This document shows, in pieces, positions 32,562 to 43,208 of a stretch of 64,000 bases of DNA. Where the stretch lies: positions 320,001-384,000 of the forward strand of contig CAVWXH010000016.1 in the NCBI GenBank assembly GCA_963758915.1. The letters run 5' to 3'. Each line of letters begins with the position of its first letter. Position 1 is the first letter of the stretch. The position numbers and the translations under genes were made by a program. Source of the stretch: an uncultured Methanomicrobiales archaeon. Its GTDB lineage: Archaea > Halobacteriota > Methanomicrobia > Methanomicrobiales > Methanospirillaceae. The notes beneath the pieces were generated by a model, which saw only the letters and a program-made list of their open reading frames with translations, did no database searches and was not told where the DNA came from.

Positions 32562-33798
32562 ATGACAAAAAAACTGGGTAAAAAAGATGCCGGAATATCA
32601 GATCTGATAGGTACAATTCTGGTTATTATTCTTGTTATCGGCCTGGCAACGGTTATTATGGCATATCTTATGCCGAATCTATTGCATAAGTCTGCATATA
32701 TCGCCAGTGAGGTGAGTGCCTCGCCGATCACCCAGCCAAGCGGGCAACAGGTCGAAGTTATCTCGCTCCTCCCGATGTCTGGTGATCCGTTTTACATTAT
32801 CGGGCAGAAACAATCACAAGGCGGGTACCCGATTTCAGTGAGGGCCCTGTCCCCGGATGGACGGAAAATAAATGTAAACTGCACGGACCTTACGGGAAAT
32901 CTCTACGGAAATACTCTCTATATATATCCGGCTAACAGGCCTGGTGCAGGCCCCTGTGAAATGTGCATCAACGATACGCCACCTACTGGGTGCAATGAGG
33001 CCGATGACAAACGGCAGATGGACAATTCAACTGATTGACGAGGAATCCCATATTCTCGTGATGTCGAATTCAGATGCAAATATTACGAAAGGTACGACCT
33101 CGCTCCCGAAAGTCGGCGGGATGCTTGGCGGAAATGTGTATTTCTCTGATTGCTCTATCATTAACCCGACCGTTTCATCTGCAACAGTAAATACCACGCT
33201 TGGACCGGGAAATATGTCGTACCGGACATTTAATGGGTTAACCAGTACATGGAATACCCAAACGATCCAAACCTGAAATTTACCGGTGATTTGGGGATAT
33301 CCTTATGGCTTCAACCCCAGGACCTGGGAGACCCGACGAATCTCCGGGTACTGGCACACAATCATAGGAAAGGGAATTCTTTACCCGAATAGTACAGAAT
33401 TTGATAATTACCAGCTCGTGGCAATCGGAAACAAGTTATACTTTGAATGGAGTGGCACAGGTGGTACCCATTATCACTCCCAGACAAATAGTAATGCCCT
33501 TACCAACGGTGCATGGCAATATGTGACCGTAAATGTTCAGCAGAACGGTCAGCCGCAGATGTATGTCAATGGAGTACTTCAGCCTTCAACAGTGTATACG
33601 GGAAATGTTCCCAATACCGGGACGGCAACAGCTGCAACGGTGAACCTGCAGGACAATAATTTCCCTGTGAAAATCGGGAAACAGAATTCTGACGCCAATC
33701 CATTCTATTACCAGGGAAATATCGGGAATATGGCACTTTACAACAGGCCACTCACCGCAAATGAAATACAGCAGAATTATCAGTCCTATTCTGCATGA
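32562..33798 (+). CDS. Type IV pilin-like protein with C-terminal LamG/ConA-like lectin domain; two frameshifts
   Basis: DAG|ISDLIGTILVIILVIGLA; ORFs 32562-33038, 32944-33276, 33286-33798; LamG motifs WQYVTV...MYVNG...IGK....YYQGNIGNMALYNRPLTANEI. Confidence 0.75.
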
Positions 33799-34149
33799 TT
33801 TATTCCCTATCCTTTTTCATGATTATATACATTGAAATGTCATTGAAAAAGGGTCAATTTTTTTCAACAATTATGCAGGTTGCGTAGTATTCCAGGGATC
33901 ACATAAGCCAAATTTTTAATTTTCGTTGCAATGGGGACTTCGACCGTTGAACCCATTCTATAATATTTGGGAAGAATGTAGTCTTTTTTTCTGTCCATTC
34001 GAAGCCGGATCTGTATTTCTGCACGATTTGCTGAATTAAAAATTATTTGGCAACTATCTGAATTTCCTTTCAATTCCCCTCTAAAAAGTCAGGGAATTAT
34101 TAAATAGCCTTCTATCGATAGCATGTAGTATTGAGGAGGAATCCGGCTT

Positions 34150-35096
34150 GTGAAGATGCTCTACTCAGGTTTAATTGTCATCTGTATACTCCTTGTGTTA
34201 GGAGTTCCATTTGTTTCGGGAGTTAATTATTCTGTAGATTCTGTTTCAGGAAACAACACGAGTGGTGGATTGGTGTTGCTCATATAAATTGGGTGGAATA
34301 TAATTCCGCAACAACAACACCTACAACAAGGATTACGGCTTATCCGCTTCTTCCTTCCTGCCCGTCAGGCTGCACCTGCATGGGTGCGAAGAATGCCTAC
34401 AACCAGGGGAGAGTTCCCTGCCCGTCGGGATCTGCCGGCTTTGTTTGTGGTGTTAACCAGCTGGGTGAAGAAATGCACTGTTACTCTGATACTCTCCCAA
34501 CCACAACCACAGCGACTCAGACGGTGACAACCCTCGCAACCACGCCAATCACACAAATTCCTCCGATTCCCCCTGCCTCCGATACTACCCCGGCAACTGC
34601 ACCAGCTGCTTCAGGTCAGCAGGTAAGTGCCACGGTTGCCCTGTCATCATGCAGAGGTGAATGCCGCTGCATTCTGCCCGATACGGCAACAGCTCTTGGA
34701 CTCCCGCTTTGTGGGGGTGACCCGTCACTCTGTAGTTATGATGCATCAGGGAAGGCGATGTATTGCTATGCACTTGCACAGCAGGCCGCCACAGAATCCG
34801 GGATCGGTTCAAACACACCTGCACGTTCGTCATGCCAGGGGGACTGCAGCTGTCTTGACCCGGTAACCGCAGGACAGGCAGGATTAACGCTCTGTAACGG
34901 GACGCCGGCACTATGCAATTACGATGCAAACCGGAACCCCATGTATTGTTATAGCCGGGCTGCAGGATCGCAGGTTGTTCCTGGAGGTGATTCCAAACCA
35001 GGTAAATCCATTCCTGTCGGGGTATTCACTATTATCGGTGCAGTCTTCACGATCATGATAATTGCAGGACTTTATTCCCTGAAGAAAAACAGTTAA
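34150..35096 (+). CDS. Cys-rich repeat cell-surface protein, copy 1 (signal peptide in a different frame; frameshift ~34285)
   Basis: GAGGAGG RBS then GTG 34150 (MKMLYSGLIVICILLVLGVPFVSG); three 6-Cys repeats; C-terminal KSIPVGVFTIIGAV-TM-KK. Confidence 0.7.
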
Positions 35097-35288
35097 CGCC
35101 TTTTTTTTATATTCCCTAACTCCCTGTTATTCAGGCCGGTAATTTTTATGGCTAACCCGTTTGTACAACCCGTTATGTGGATTGTTCATAATCGGATGCT
35201 CCCTTGTTTCCGGATTCCAATCCTGTGAAATGTATACTTTTATATAATGTTTTAACGAAACAATGCAACAGAGTGGAGGAATCCGGCT

Positions 35289-36178
35289 TTGAAGAGGCTC
35301 TATTCAGGTTTAATCGTCATTTTACTCCTTGTGTTAGGGGTTCCATTTGTTTCGGGAATTAATTATTAGTAGATTATTCGAATAATTCTGCTTGTCCACC
35401 TGGATGCACCTGCATGGGCGAGAAAAATGCCCACAACCAGGGGAGAGTCCCTTGTTACTGGAATTATACATCCCAAGTCGTCTAAAATGTGGTCTAAACC
35501 AACTGGGTGAGAACATGTACTGTTATCTCTGATACGATACCTGCAACCACCACTCCTACTCTCACGGTGACAAGCATAATCACCACTTCTATAACAGCAA
35601 CAGCACACAACACCGTCTCTTGCCCCGGTAACCGAGACAGTGGCACCATCTGTTGTTGTCACGACTGTAGCTCGCTCCTCCAAGGTACGCAGCCAGGTGT
35701 CTCGGTTGACCTGTCATCATGCGGGTCTGAATGCCGCTGTATTCTGCCCGATGCGGCAGGTGCTCTCGGCCTCCCCCTTTGTAACGGTAACCCGGCTCTC
35801 TGTAGTTATGATGCCTCGGGAAAGGCAATGTACTGCTATGCACTGGCGATGCAGGCCTCAACAACAACCACAACCACACCAGGATCAGGTGCGGTTGCAC
35901 CTGCGCTTTCACCATGCCAGGGAGACTGCAGCCGCCTTGACCCGGTAACTGCAGGACAGGTAGGATTGACACTCTGTAACGGGACCCCGAAACTATGTAA
36001 TTATGATTCAAACCGGAACCCCATGTATTGTTATAGCCGGGCTGCTGTAACTCAGGCCGTTCCTGGAACCGATTCCAAATCAGGGAAATCCATACCTGTC
36101 GGGGTATTCACCATCATTGGTGCAGTACTCACCGTTGTGATGATTGCAGGGCTTCACATCCTGAACAAAAATCAGTAA
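35289..36178 (+). pseudogene. Cys-rich repeat cell-surface protein, tandem copy 2 (several frameshifts in the 5' part)
   Basis: Near-identical upstream GGAGGAATCCGGCTT and signal-peptide DNA; same Cys repeats and C-terminus in ORF 35507-36178. Confidence 0.65.
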
Positions 36179-36242
36179 TCGTTTTTTTCTAAGTTTGTTT
36201 AATGCATGGAAATAAAAAGCCAAAAAACTGGGTTTCTTGAAA

Positions 36243-36465
36243 TGCTCTTAATCTATATGGTTAATTTAGGTATTCCCTGATAACCTCACCACCTGGGGCT
36301 CAGCACCGCCGCTTTGGGGATGCTGATCGGATACGGTATGATCTGCAGACCTCCGAATGTTTCTTTGAATGCCCGAATTGAACCCCGCCTAAAGGATATA
36401 CTGATTGGGAAGGGGACAGAGAAGGGGCGAACCCCTCATCCTGTCATCGTAGTTCATCCTTTTTT
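36243..36465 (+). repeat. Copy B of ~230-bp dispersed intergenic element (most diverged)
   Basis: TCACCACCTGGGGCTC, GGAAGGGGACAGAGAAGGGGCGAACCCCTCATCCTGTCATCGTAGTT collinear with 44125-44360. Confidence 0.7.
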
Positions 36466-36504
36466 GGACGCAGGATGTAAAGCGGGCCAAAAAACACCAA
36501 CCCG

Positions 36505-38430
36505 TCAGATGAAGAAGTTGAAGATAACCATCGCAATAATGAGCATAATTGCTGCATGCTTAAGGCCGGCAGAGAGCGATGCTTCTCCCATCTGACCTGC
36601 AATAATACCCGAAAAGAACGCCTGAACAAGGCAACCATGATACATAAGCCGGGAAATGGTATACATTGAAGCGGCAGTGAACGCTGCAAAGGCACCAGTC
36701 TGGGGGAGACCTTTGGTGTCGATGTTCCCGAGAACCGGCATGAACTGGGTGGTGATTACTGCAACAACGAATACAAAAACAACAAATGCGAGGTAAATGA
36801 CGGCTGTATAAATAAACATCTCCGACATCCGTTCCTTTTTAAGGGTCTCCGACATACGGGCGTCGCTCGCCGCAATGGTCAGGACATCCCCGATTGAACC
36901 GCTCATCTGCGTTGCCTTGCTGATAAGGGTGACTGTTCGTGCTATCATCGGCGTGGAAATCCGCTGTTCGAAACGCATCAGCGCATCGGTAAAATTTGCC
37001 CCCCAGTCCATGTCCCGCTTAATCCGCTTTATCTCGTATGACAGGAGACCCAGCTTGGTATTTACCATGATCGCAATTGCCTGTGATATAGTCAGCCCTA
37101 CCTGGTTGATACCCGCCATCCTGTCAAGAAAATCAGGGATCGATGCCTCAATGCCCTGGATGTTGCGCCTCCAGAGCTCGTAAAAAATACCGAACGGGAT
37201 GAGCACGATAAGCACGGCAATCACTACGTGGTCATCCATCATATCGATGAACGGTTCAAAACCCGCCGGTGGGAGATTAAGGTATATGGTGATGAGATAC
37301 ATCGCAGCAACAGGTATTGTGACCAGCAGCGTAAGCTTATAATTCATCACGAATATCCGCACAGGGTTCCGGATAAATTCCTTTATATTCCTGATACGGT
37401 CATAATGAAGGAGTTTTTCGAAAAATTTCTCCTCCCCTGCCTTCTTTTCGATCCTGACATCAGAATATTCGGAAAGTTCCCGTACCCGTGTGAACCGTTG
37501 GATCGATTCAGACTTAATCGAGATCATATCGATAAGGATGATAAATACCAGTGAGCCTATGGGGAGCAGGAGGTAAATAACAAGGGCCATCTGGGTCACG
37601 GCCGCACCACCCATCATCCCCATCACCACCATGATAATGATCAGGAACAGGGGCCCGGCTACAAAGAGGGTGACATAGGACTCTGATATCAGCGAGAGAA
37701 ACTGGAGAAATTCTTTCTGTTCGAATCTGGCCTCTTCCTGGTACAGCCGCACACGGCCGGCCAGAAAGCCAGTCAGGTCCCCACCTGTCTCGATGATAGA
37801 TATCATATCCTCAAGGAACTGTTTCATCTTTTGTGAAGGGGTTGTCTCCATGAGGTGCCGGAGCGCTGTGACTACATCCATACCAAAGAAGTCGGCATCC
37901 CTGATGACCTGCCTGAATTCGAGTGCGACCTCCCCGTAGACCGGGGCATTTTCTGATATTGACCGGAAAATAACGAGGAGTTGCCCGCCACCTTTCCTCA
38001 TCGCAAACATGTATGCGACCGCGTTATGCAGTGTTAAGTTGATCTTGGTTGCACGGTTGTTCTTCCTCATCCCCGGGTATTTCATTACGATGAAATAGAT
38101 AAGGAGTGACCCGATGATAAATGAGATAACGGCCCCTATAAGAGAAATGACCTCATTTGGAAGGGATACAATCATGGAATTGGGCAAGGTGATTTTGTAT
38201 ACATTGTAAATGCCCGTATAATCAGCCGTAGGGCTCATAGTGACGGTTATTGAAACAAAATATCCAAACACCGCAAATACAATACCACAGAGGAGCGATA
38301 CGATTAGTCCATACCGTGTGTAGCGTTCCGGGGTCATCGCCATGCGGGCTGAAATGAGATTGGCACTCAGGCTGGAGTATTTATCAGAATCACGCGGCAC
38401 CAGCCGGTGGACAATAGAATAATGACTCAT
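36505..38430 (-). CDS. Type IV pilus / T2SS membrane platform protein (two GspF/TadC domains; PilC/ArlJ-like)
   Basis: Two T2SSF-like halves (YGEVALEF...TPS..MK.FL; IPDFLD.MAG...G.TI..AI) with TM segments; G..AGQMGE.S..AGLKH end. Confidence 0.9.
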   Translation of the reverse strand: MSHYSIVHRLVPRDSDKYSSLSANLISARMAMTPERYTRYGLIVSLLCGIVFAVFGYFVSITVTMSPTADYTGIYNVYKITLPNSMIVSLPNEVISLIGAVISFIIGSLLIYFIVMKYPGMRKNNRATKINLTLHNAVAYMFAMRKGGGQLLVIFRSISENAPVYGEVALEFRQVIRDADFFGMDVVTALRHLMETTPSQKMKQFLEDMISIIETGGDLTGFLAGRVRLYQEEARFEQKEFLQFLSLISESYVTLFVAGPLFLIIIMVVMGMMGGAAVTQMALVIYLLLPIGSLVFIILIDMISIKSESIQRFTRVRELSEYSDVRIEKKAGEEKFFEKLLHYDRIRNIKEFIRNPVRIFVMNYKLTLLVTIPVAAMYLITIYLNLPPAGFEPFIDMMDDHVVIAVLIVLIPFGIFYELWRRNIQGIEASIPDFLDRMAGINQVGLTISQAIAIMVNTKLGLLSYEIKRIKRDMDWGANFTDALMRFEQRISTPMIARTVTLISKATQMSGSIGDVLTIAASDARMSETLKKERMSEMFIYTAVIYLAFVVFVFVVAVITTQFMPVLGNIDTKGLPQTGAFAAFTAASMYTISRLMYHGCLVQAFFSGIIAGQMGEASLSAGLKHAAIMLIIAMVIFNFFI

Positions 38431-40784
38431 ACGCCTCGCTTCAGGAATGCCTTCAGGTCACCGATCGCTTCGATAACCCCGGCCGCATCGATATTATAAG
38501 CCTGGAACAATTGTGATACGCTGATATAATCGAGGATCCCCTGTTCTTTCATCGCGATCAGTATCATCTTCCGGACCCTGATCTCGTCCTCGAGTTGCTC
38601 GCGACTCCACCCACGTTTTTGTGCAATATCTGCATAGACCTGTGAACGGCCATGATAACTAAAACGGTCTGTCACCGGGTCATAGGTAAAGACCGTGTTG
38701 ACACGCAGGCTTCCGGTTACCGGGTCGGCTCCGGCAATTTCTACAATCTCCTGTACCCGGCGTATCCGTTCCTGCCCCCGGTAAACAAGGGCCTGTACGC
38801 TGATAACATTCAGGGCCTGTAACATGTTCCGCGGAACATTCAGGGGTTCACTCTCAAGACGGTGAATGGCAGCATCTACATTTCCGGCGTGGAGTGTTGA
38901 AAAGGTGGTGTGACCGGTATTCATCGCCTGGAACAGTGTCTGTGCCTCAGCACCACGCACCTCACCGACAAGAATATACTCAGGCCGCTGCCTCATTGCG
39001 GCCCTCAAAAGGTCAAACATGGAGATCATGCTCGCCCCTTCAGCTATCGAGTCTCTCGTTACGGATGCAATCCAGTTCTCGTGGTAGAGGGTGATCTCTC
39101 TCGTGTCCTCGATACTGACTACCTTTGCCATCGGCGGAATAAACAGGGATGCAGCATTCAATGATGTGGTCTTTCCTGACGCTGTACCGCCAATAAAGAG
39201 AAGACTCTTGTTATTTTCAATAGCCATCCAGAAATAGACAAGCTGGTCCTCGTTGAACGTACCATTCTCAAGTAGTTCGACCGGTGAGAATGGTTCTTCA
39301 CGGAATTTCCGTATGGTAAAGGAAGTCCCGCGTGTTGTAACTTCTTTCCCGAACGTCAGCTGCAGCCTCGACCCCTCGGGTAAGGTTGCATCGATTATCG
39401 GAGATCCCGTTGAGATGTGTTTTCCGGACCGCTGGGCGAGAGTAATTGCAAGCGAATCGAGGATCTCCGCCTTAAAGGTAATATTTGTCTTGATATTCCG
39501 GTATTTCCTGTGGTAGAGGAACAGGGGGATCATCGTCCCGTCACAGGAAATATCCTCTATATACGGGTCTTTCATCAGGGCCTCGATCCGTCCCCATCCA
39601 AGAAAGTTCCGGACAAGATAATACTGGAGTTTAAAAAGTGTGTTCAGGTCGGGACTGATACCGTACTCATGGAATAAATCATCCATTTTCTCGATAAGGA
39701 GCTCACGCTTATCCCTGACGATTTCATCATCATCAAGGATCAGGACATTTCGCAGGTCTGCGTGTACCCGTTCGATCAACTCGTACTGGAATTCCGATAA
39801 GACCGGCTCAAACAGGAGGTACTCATTCTGGTTGGTCTTTTCATTCAGTGCAACGACGACGAGGGACTCCCCGGCATCAACCCAGTAGTGGTCAATCTCC
39901 CGGTAACCGGCAGGAAGTGCAGATTCCACCAGTGATCCTTCCTTTTCCGGATCGTATTGGGGAACAATTCTTTTTGTGGCTTTCCGCTTTCCAAATCCGG
40001 ACTCTTTCCCGGAAATATCTTTCTTTCCGGATTCTTCATCCACATGAAACGCCCGTTTTAACGAATCCAGGCTGGAGGTCTTTTTCCTCTCATAGAGCGC
40101 CATTTCGTCAGGAAGTAATTCAGGGGTCTTTTGGGGTATGCTCCCGCTCTCCTGGGTTGCTGATTCGCCAGTAGGCGGCTTAGCTACCGTGGTTGATGTT
40201 GACCCTTTCGTTGTACCACGATGAAACAGGCCCGATATCCAATCCAGACGTGACGGGGCTTTGCTACCTGTTTTGGGATCCTTTGCCACGACAATTTTGA
40301 CCGGGTTACTGCTGCTGACAGGGGGGATCGTTACAGGAGATGGAGATTCAGGTACATTCTTTAGTTTGGGCACCGTTCCTCTGCTCCCATGAAACAGGGA
40401 AGAGACCTGATCGATAAGTGAGGGTGGCCTGGTAGTGGGCTTCGATACCTTTACTGCCACCGGATTGTCCTGGTTACTGTTGCCGGCAGTCTTGATCGTT
40501 ACAGGGGATGGGGCTTTAGGTGCAGTCTTTGGTTTTGTTCCCTTTCCTTTATTTTCATGAAACAGGGAAGAGACCTGATCGATAAGTGAGGGTGGCCTGG
40601 TAGTGGGTTTTGAAACCCTTACGGCCACTGGTTTGTCCGGGTTGCCGTTGCCGGCAGCAGGTATTGCTGCAGTAGATGATGTTTCAGGTACCGCACCCTC
40701 TTTCTTTCCCGAACTTCTACCGCCCTGGATCATTTTTTTTAATTTATCGAGTCCCGGGATGTCCATCCCTCCCCTCCTGTCCAC
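38427..40784 (-). CDS. Type IV pilus assembly ATPase (VirB11/PilB/ArlI family) with long repetitive N-terminal extension
   Basis: DPYIEDISCDG, FTIRKF, GGTASGKTT, SIEDTRE, RQRPEYILVGEVRG, TGH...TLHA. Confidence 0.93.
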   Translation of the reverse strand: MDRRGGMDIPGLDKLKKMIQGGRSSGKKEGAVPETSSTAAIPAAGNGNPDKPVAVRVSKPTTRPPSLIDQVSSLFHENKGKGTKPKTAPKAPSPVTIKTAGNSNQDNPVAVKVSKPTTRPPSLIDQVSSLFHGSRGTVPKLKNVPESPSPVTIPPVSSSNPVKIVVAKDPKTGSKAPSRLDWISGLFHRGTTKGSTSTTVAKPPTGESATQESGSIPQKTPELLPDEMALYERKKTSSLDSLKRAFHVDEESGKKDISGKESGFGKRKATKRIVPQYDPEKEGSLVESALPAGYREIDHYWVDAGESLVVVALNEKTNQNEYLLFEPVLSEFQYELIERVHADLRNVLILDDDEIVRDKRELLIEKMDDLFHEYGISPDLNTLFKLQYYLVRNFLGWGRIEALMKDPYIEDISCDGTMIPLFLYHRKYRNIKTNITFKAEILDSLAITLAQRSGKHISTGSPIIDATLPEGSRLQLTFGKEVTTRGTSFTIRKFREEPFSPVELLENGTFNEDQLVYFWMAIENNKSLLFIGGTASGKTTSLNAASLFIPPMAKVVSIEDTREITLYHENWIASVTRDSIAEGASMISMFDLLRAAMRQRPEYILVGEVRGAEAQTLFQAMNTGHTTFSTLHAGNVDAAIHRLESEPLNVPRNMLQALNVISVQALVYRGQERIRRVQEIVEIAGADPVTGSLRVNTVFTYDPVTDRFSYHGRSQVYADIAQKRGWSREQLEDEIRVRKMILIAMKEQGILDYISVSQLFQAYNIDAAGVIEAIGDLKAFLKRGV
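40221..40607 (-). repeat. Three intragenic tandem units with 168-bp (56-codon) period
   Basis: 52-bp exact repeat at 40388-40439 and 40556-40607; ATGAAACAGG recurs at 40221, 40389 and 40557. Confidence 0.85.
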
Positions 40785-41077
40785 TAAACCTATTTCTTTT
40801 TATTTACTTTGGAGAGGAATCGCTATATAAGGGTATGTCAGGGCATATACCCTGATAAGGGGGTGGAATGTCCTGATAGTATACTAATTCGGGATATCGG
40901 GCAATTTTTTTGAGATTGTCGGGTGATTTTCATACTCATAGATATACGGGTTGGCCAACAACCCGGAAGATTCAGGATCCTGTCCGATCATGCCATATCC
41001 TATCCTGTTTCCGTAGTTTAATGAAGGGTACCGGGAAAACATTAACATCACAAGAGGGACAAATTATAAATATAACC

Positions 41078-41917
41078 ATGGAAAAGACAAAAATTCACGA
41101 CCTTTCAATAAAAAAAATGCCTACCGGCATCTCATCACTTGACCCGATGATGGAGGGGGGGATACCACCGGGTACCGTGGTACTCCTGCTTTCGGAAATC
41201 GGCGCCGGGAGTTATGAGTTTATTTATAGTTCAATTCTTTCCATTTCTTCAAAGAAAAGTCAATCCCAGGTTTCGGATACAATCATCCTTCCGTCCAGTA
41301 TAAAGTATGTGACATTTACCAAGATGAGTGATGATGTCAAGCGGGAGATGAAATTATCATTTTACCCCGACCTCCTTACCGGCATAGACTCAATCCAATT
41401 CGAAGACCTCTCCCAACTCTATTTTGATGCCAGTGTCGTCCCTCCCGACTGGTACAGTAAAGGAGATATCGTATCACGACTCCAGAACCGGAACAACCGC
41501 GACATCCTGTCTCAACTTTCAATGACATTTGGTCCCGGGGCTGATAACAACCTCATTGTCCTCGACTCACTCACCGACCTTGCTACGCAATATACCGGGA
41601 CAGCCCGGTGGGGGGACCTGATGGCGTTCATGCGCGGGCTCCAGCGGATAGCAAAACAACTGAATACAACCATTTACCTGCCACTTGCACTGGGAATCCT
41701 CGATGGTAAAGATGAGCGTGAAATCGCAGACATCGCCGATGCCGTACTGCTGTTCCACTGGGAGGAGAGCTCGGCTGCCCGGCGGCAACGGGTAATGTAT
41801 TTCGAAAAATTCCGGGGGCTTATGCCCCATCTCGAAGAAAAAGACCTCGTAAAATTTTCAGTCAGGATCTCGGCTGCAATCGGCTTTGAAGTAAGTAATA
41901 TCAGGGTGATCATATGA
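41078..41917 (+). CDS. RAD55/KaiC-like ATPase with degenerate Walker A
   Basis: MPTGISSLDPMMEGGIPPG..VLLLSEIGAGSYEF; IVLDSLTDL; IADAV; FEKFRG. Confidence 0.8.
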   Translation: MEKTKIHDLSIKKMPTGISSLDPMMEGGIPPGTVVLLLSEIGAGSYEFIYSSILSISSKKSQSQVSDTIILPSSIKYVTFTKMSDDVKREMKLSFYPDLLTGIDSIQFEDLSQLYFDASVVPPDWYSKGDIVSRLQNRNNRDILSQLSMTFGPGADNNLIVLDSLTDLATQYTGTARWGDLMAFMRGLQRIAKQLNTTIYLPLALGILDGKDEREIADIADAVLLFHWEESSAARRQRVMYFEKFRGLMPHLEEKDLVKFSVRISAAIGFEVSNIRVII

Positions 41918-42612
41918 GCGGGGGCCGCGTGAAGATAGGTATTGAAGGACTTGACCAGATGATGGGTGGCGGGCTGGTACCGGGTAGTATCGCCGCAATT
42001 ATCGGTTCCTATGGCACGGGTAAGACTTCTTTTGCTCTCCAGTTTTTATGGGATGGTGTACAGCTTGGGGAACATACGATCTATATCAGCCTCGAGGAGC
42101 GGGAAGACCGGATCTTCGAATACATGGCCCAGAAAGGATGGGACTACAAACCATTCCTGAATAAGCTGATCACGGTGTTAAAACTTGATCCCTCTGATTT
42201 CAACCTCGCTATCAACCGTATTAAAAACGAACTCCCGGAACTTATCCGGACTGTTGGCGCCACGCGGGTGGTAATAGACCCTATATCTCTGTTTGAAGAC
42301 CTTTTCGAGAGCAATTCATTGAGGCGGCAGGAAATGTTCCGGTTTGTTGAGGGACTGCGCGACCAGCAGTGTACCGTGGTCATGACCAGCGAAACTGACC
42401 GGGACAACCCATATGCAAGCCGCCACAACCTTATCGAGTACCTGTGTGACACAGTTATTATTTTACGCTATGTCAGGCCCGATGATCTGACTGATGTCCA
42501 CCTCGCGCTGGAAGTCGTAAAAATGCGATTATCCAGCCATTCAAGAGAGATTAAGCCCTATGAGATAATGCAGGACAAGATCGTTGTTCATAGTGAGGCA
42601 AACGTGTTCTGA
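41914..42612 (+). CDS. KaiC-domain ATPase (archaeal single-domain KaiC family)
   Basis: GIEGLDQMMGGG, GSYGTGKT, YISLEE, RVVIDPIS, EYLCD, LEVVKMR.S.HS. Confidence 0.9.
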   Translation: MSGGRVKIGIEGLDQMMGGGLVPGSIAAIIGSYGTGKTSFALQFLWDGVQLGEHTIYISLEEREDRIFEYMAQKGWDYKPFLNKLITVLKLDPSDFNLAINRIKNELPELIRTVGATRVVIDPISLFEDLFESNSLRRQEMFRFVEGLRDQQCTVVMTSETDRDNPYASRHNLIEYLCDTVIILRYVRPDDLTDVHLALEVVKMRLSSHSREIKPYEIMQDKIVVHSEANVF

Positions 42613-42638
42613 TCCCCTGGCTTTTTTTTATTGACTGA

Positions 42639-43208
42639 TTATACCACATCGGATTGAATGATATCATCCATAAATGTCGAAAGGTTGGAGATCATCATCG
42701 GGTCGAGACCTTTCCCGACAGCGAGGAATATACCGGGTGTGTCAATCAGCCTGAGCCGGTTTGATATATTGTGGATAAATTTTGAGATTGTGGCTGAAGG
42801 GAGATATATCAGCATAGTACTAACCGAGTCAAACAGGATGCAGGGGCGTTTGTCAGAAAATTCGTTCAGTGCCCCTGTTATCGCGATACCAAGATCGGTC
42901 AGGTTGGAAGGGCCGCCGATAAACCGGACGTTCTGCTCACCCGGAGGGGTTTTCCCTATCGCATAACTGGTGATAGCATCAATGAAATACAGCCTGGACA
43001 GATCGATTTCCGCCCTCTCGTAATTTTTTTTAAGGACTTCAGAAGGCTGGTTCGTGGTAATTATTATCAGGTGGTAACCCTCGTCCACCATCAGTTTGAC
43101 GATATCGATATTATCCTGTTTCAACCGGTCAGCGGTGGTAAGCCGGAGGAGAAGGTTCTTTCCACGGGAGATGTTACCCGCCAGTGTCTCTATCAAATCC
43201 AGGCTCAC
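42639..43208 (-). CDS. Inactive RecA/KaiC-like ATPase-fold protein (iKaiC/DUF835-like)
   Basis: YFIDAIT, PSNLTDLGI, CILFDSVSTMLIY, TISKFIH, KGLDP; paralog of 27471-28031. Confidence 0.7.
   Translation of the reverse strand: MSLDLIETLAGNISRGKNLLLRLTTADRLKQDNIDIVKLMVDEGYHLIIITTNQPSEVLKKNYERAEIDLSRLYFIDAITSYAIGKTPPGEQNVRFIGGPSNLTDLGIAITGALNEFSDKRPCILFDSVSTMLIYLPSATISKFIHNISNRLRLIDTPGIFLAVGKGLDPMMISNLSTFMDDIIQSDVV

Noticed and set aside
36505-40784. Archaellum (arlIJ) operon
   Set aside because: No archaellin, arlF/G or chemotaxis genes nearby; neighbours are Pilin_N-type pilins.
40910-41077. Upstream TTG-start extension of the RAD55-like ORF
   Set aside because: Non-homologous sequence in the divergent promoter region; the ATG at 41078 fits better.
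41078-42612. Circadian clock (kaiABC)
   Set aside because: Single-domain KaiC-like proteins only; no kaiA/kaiB and no duplicated CI-CII architecture.
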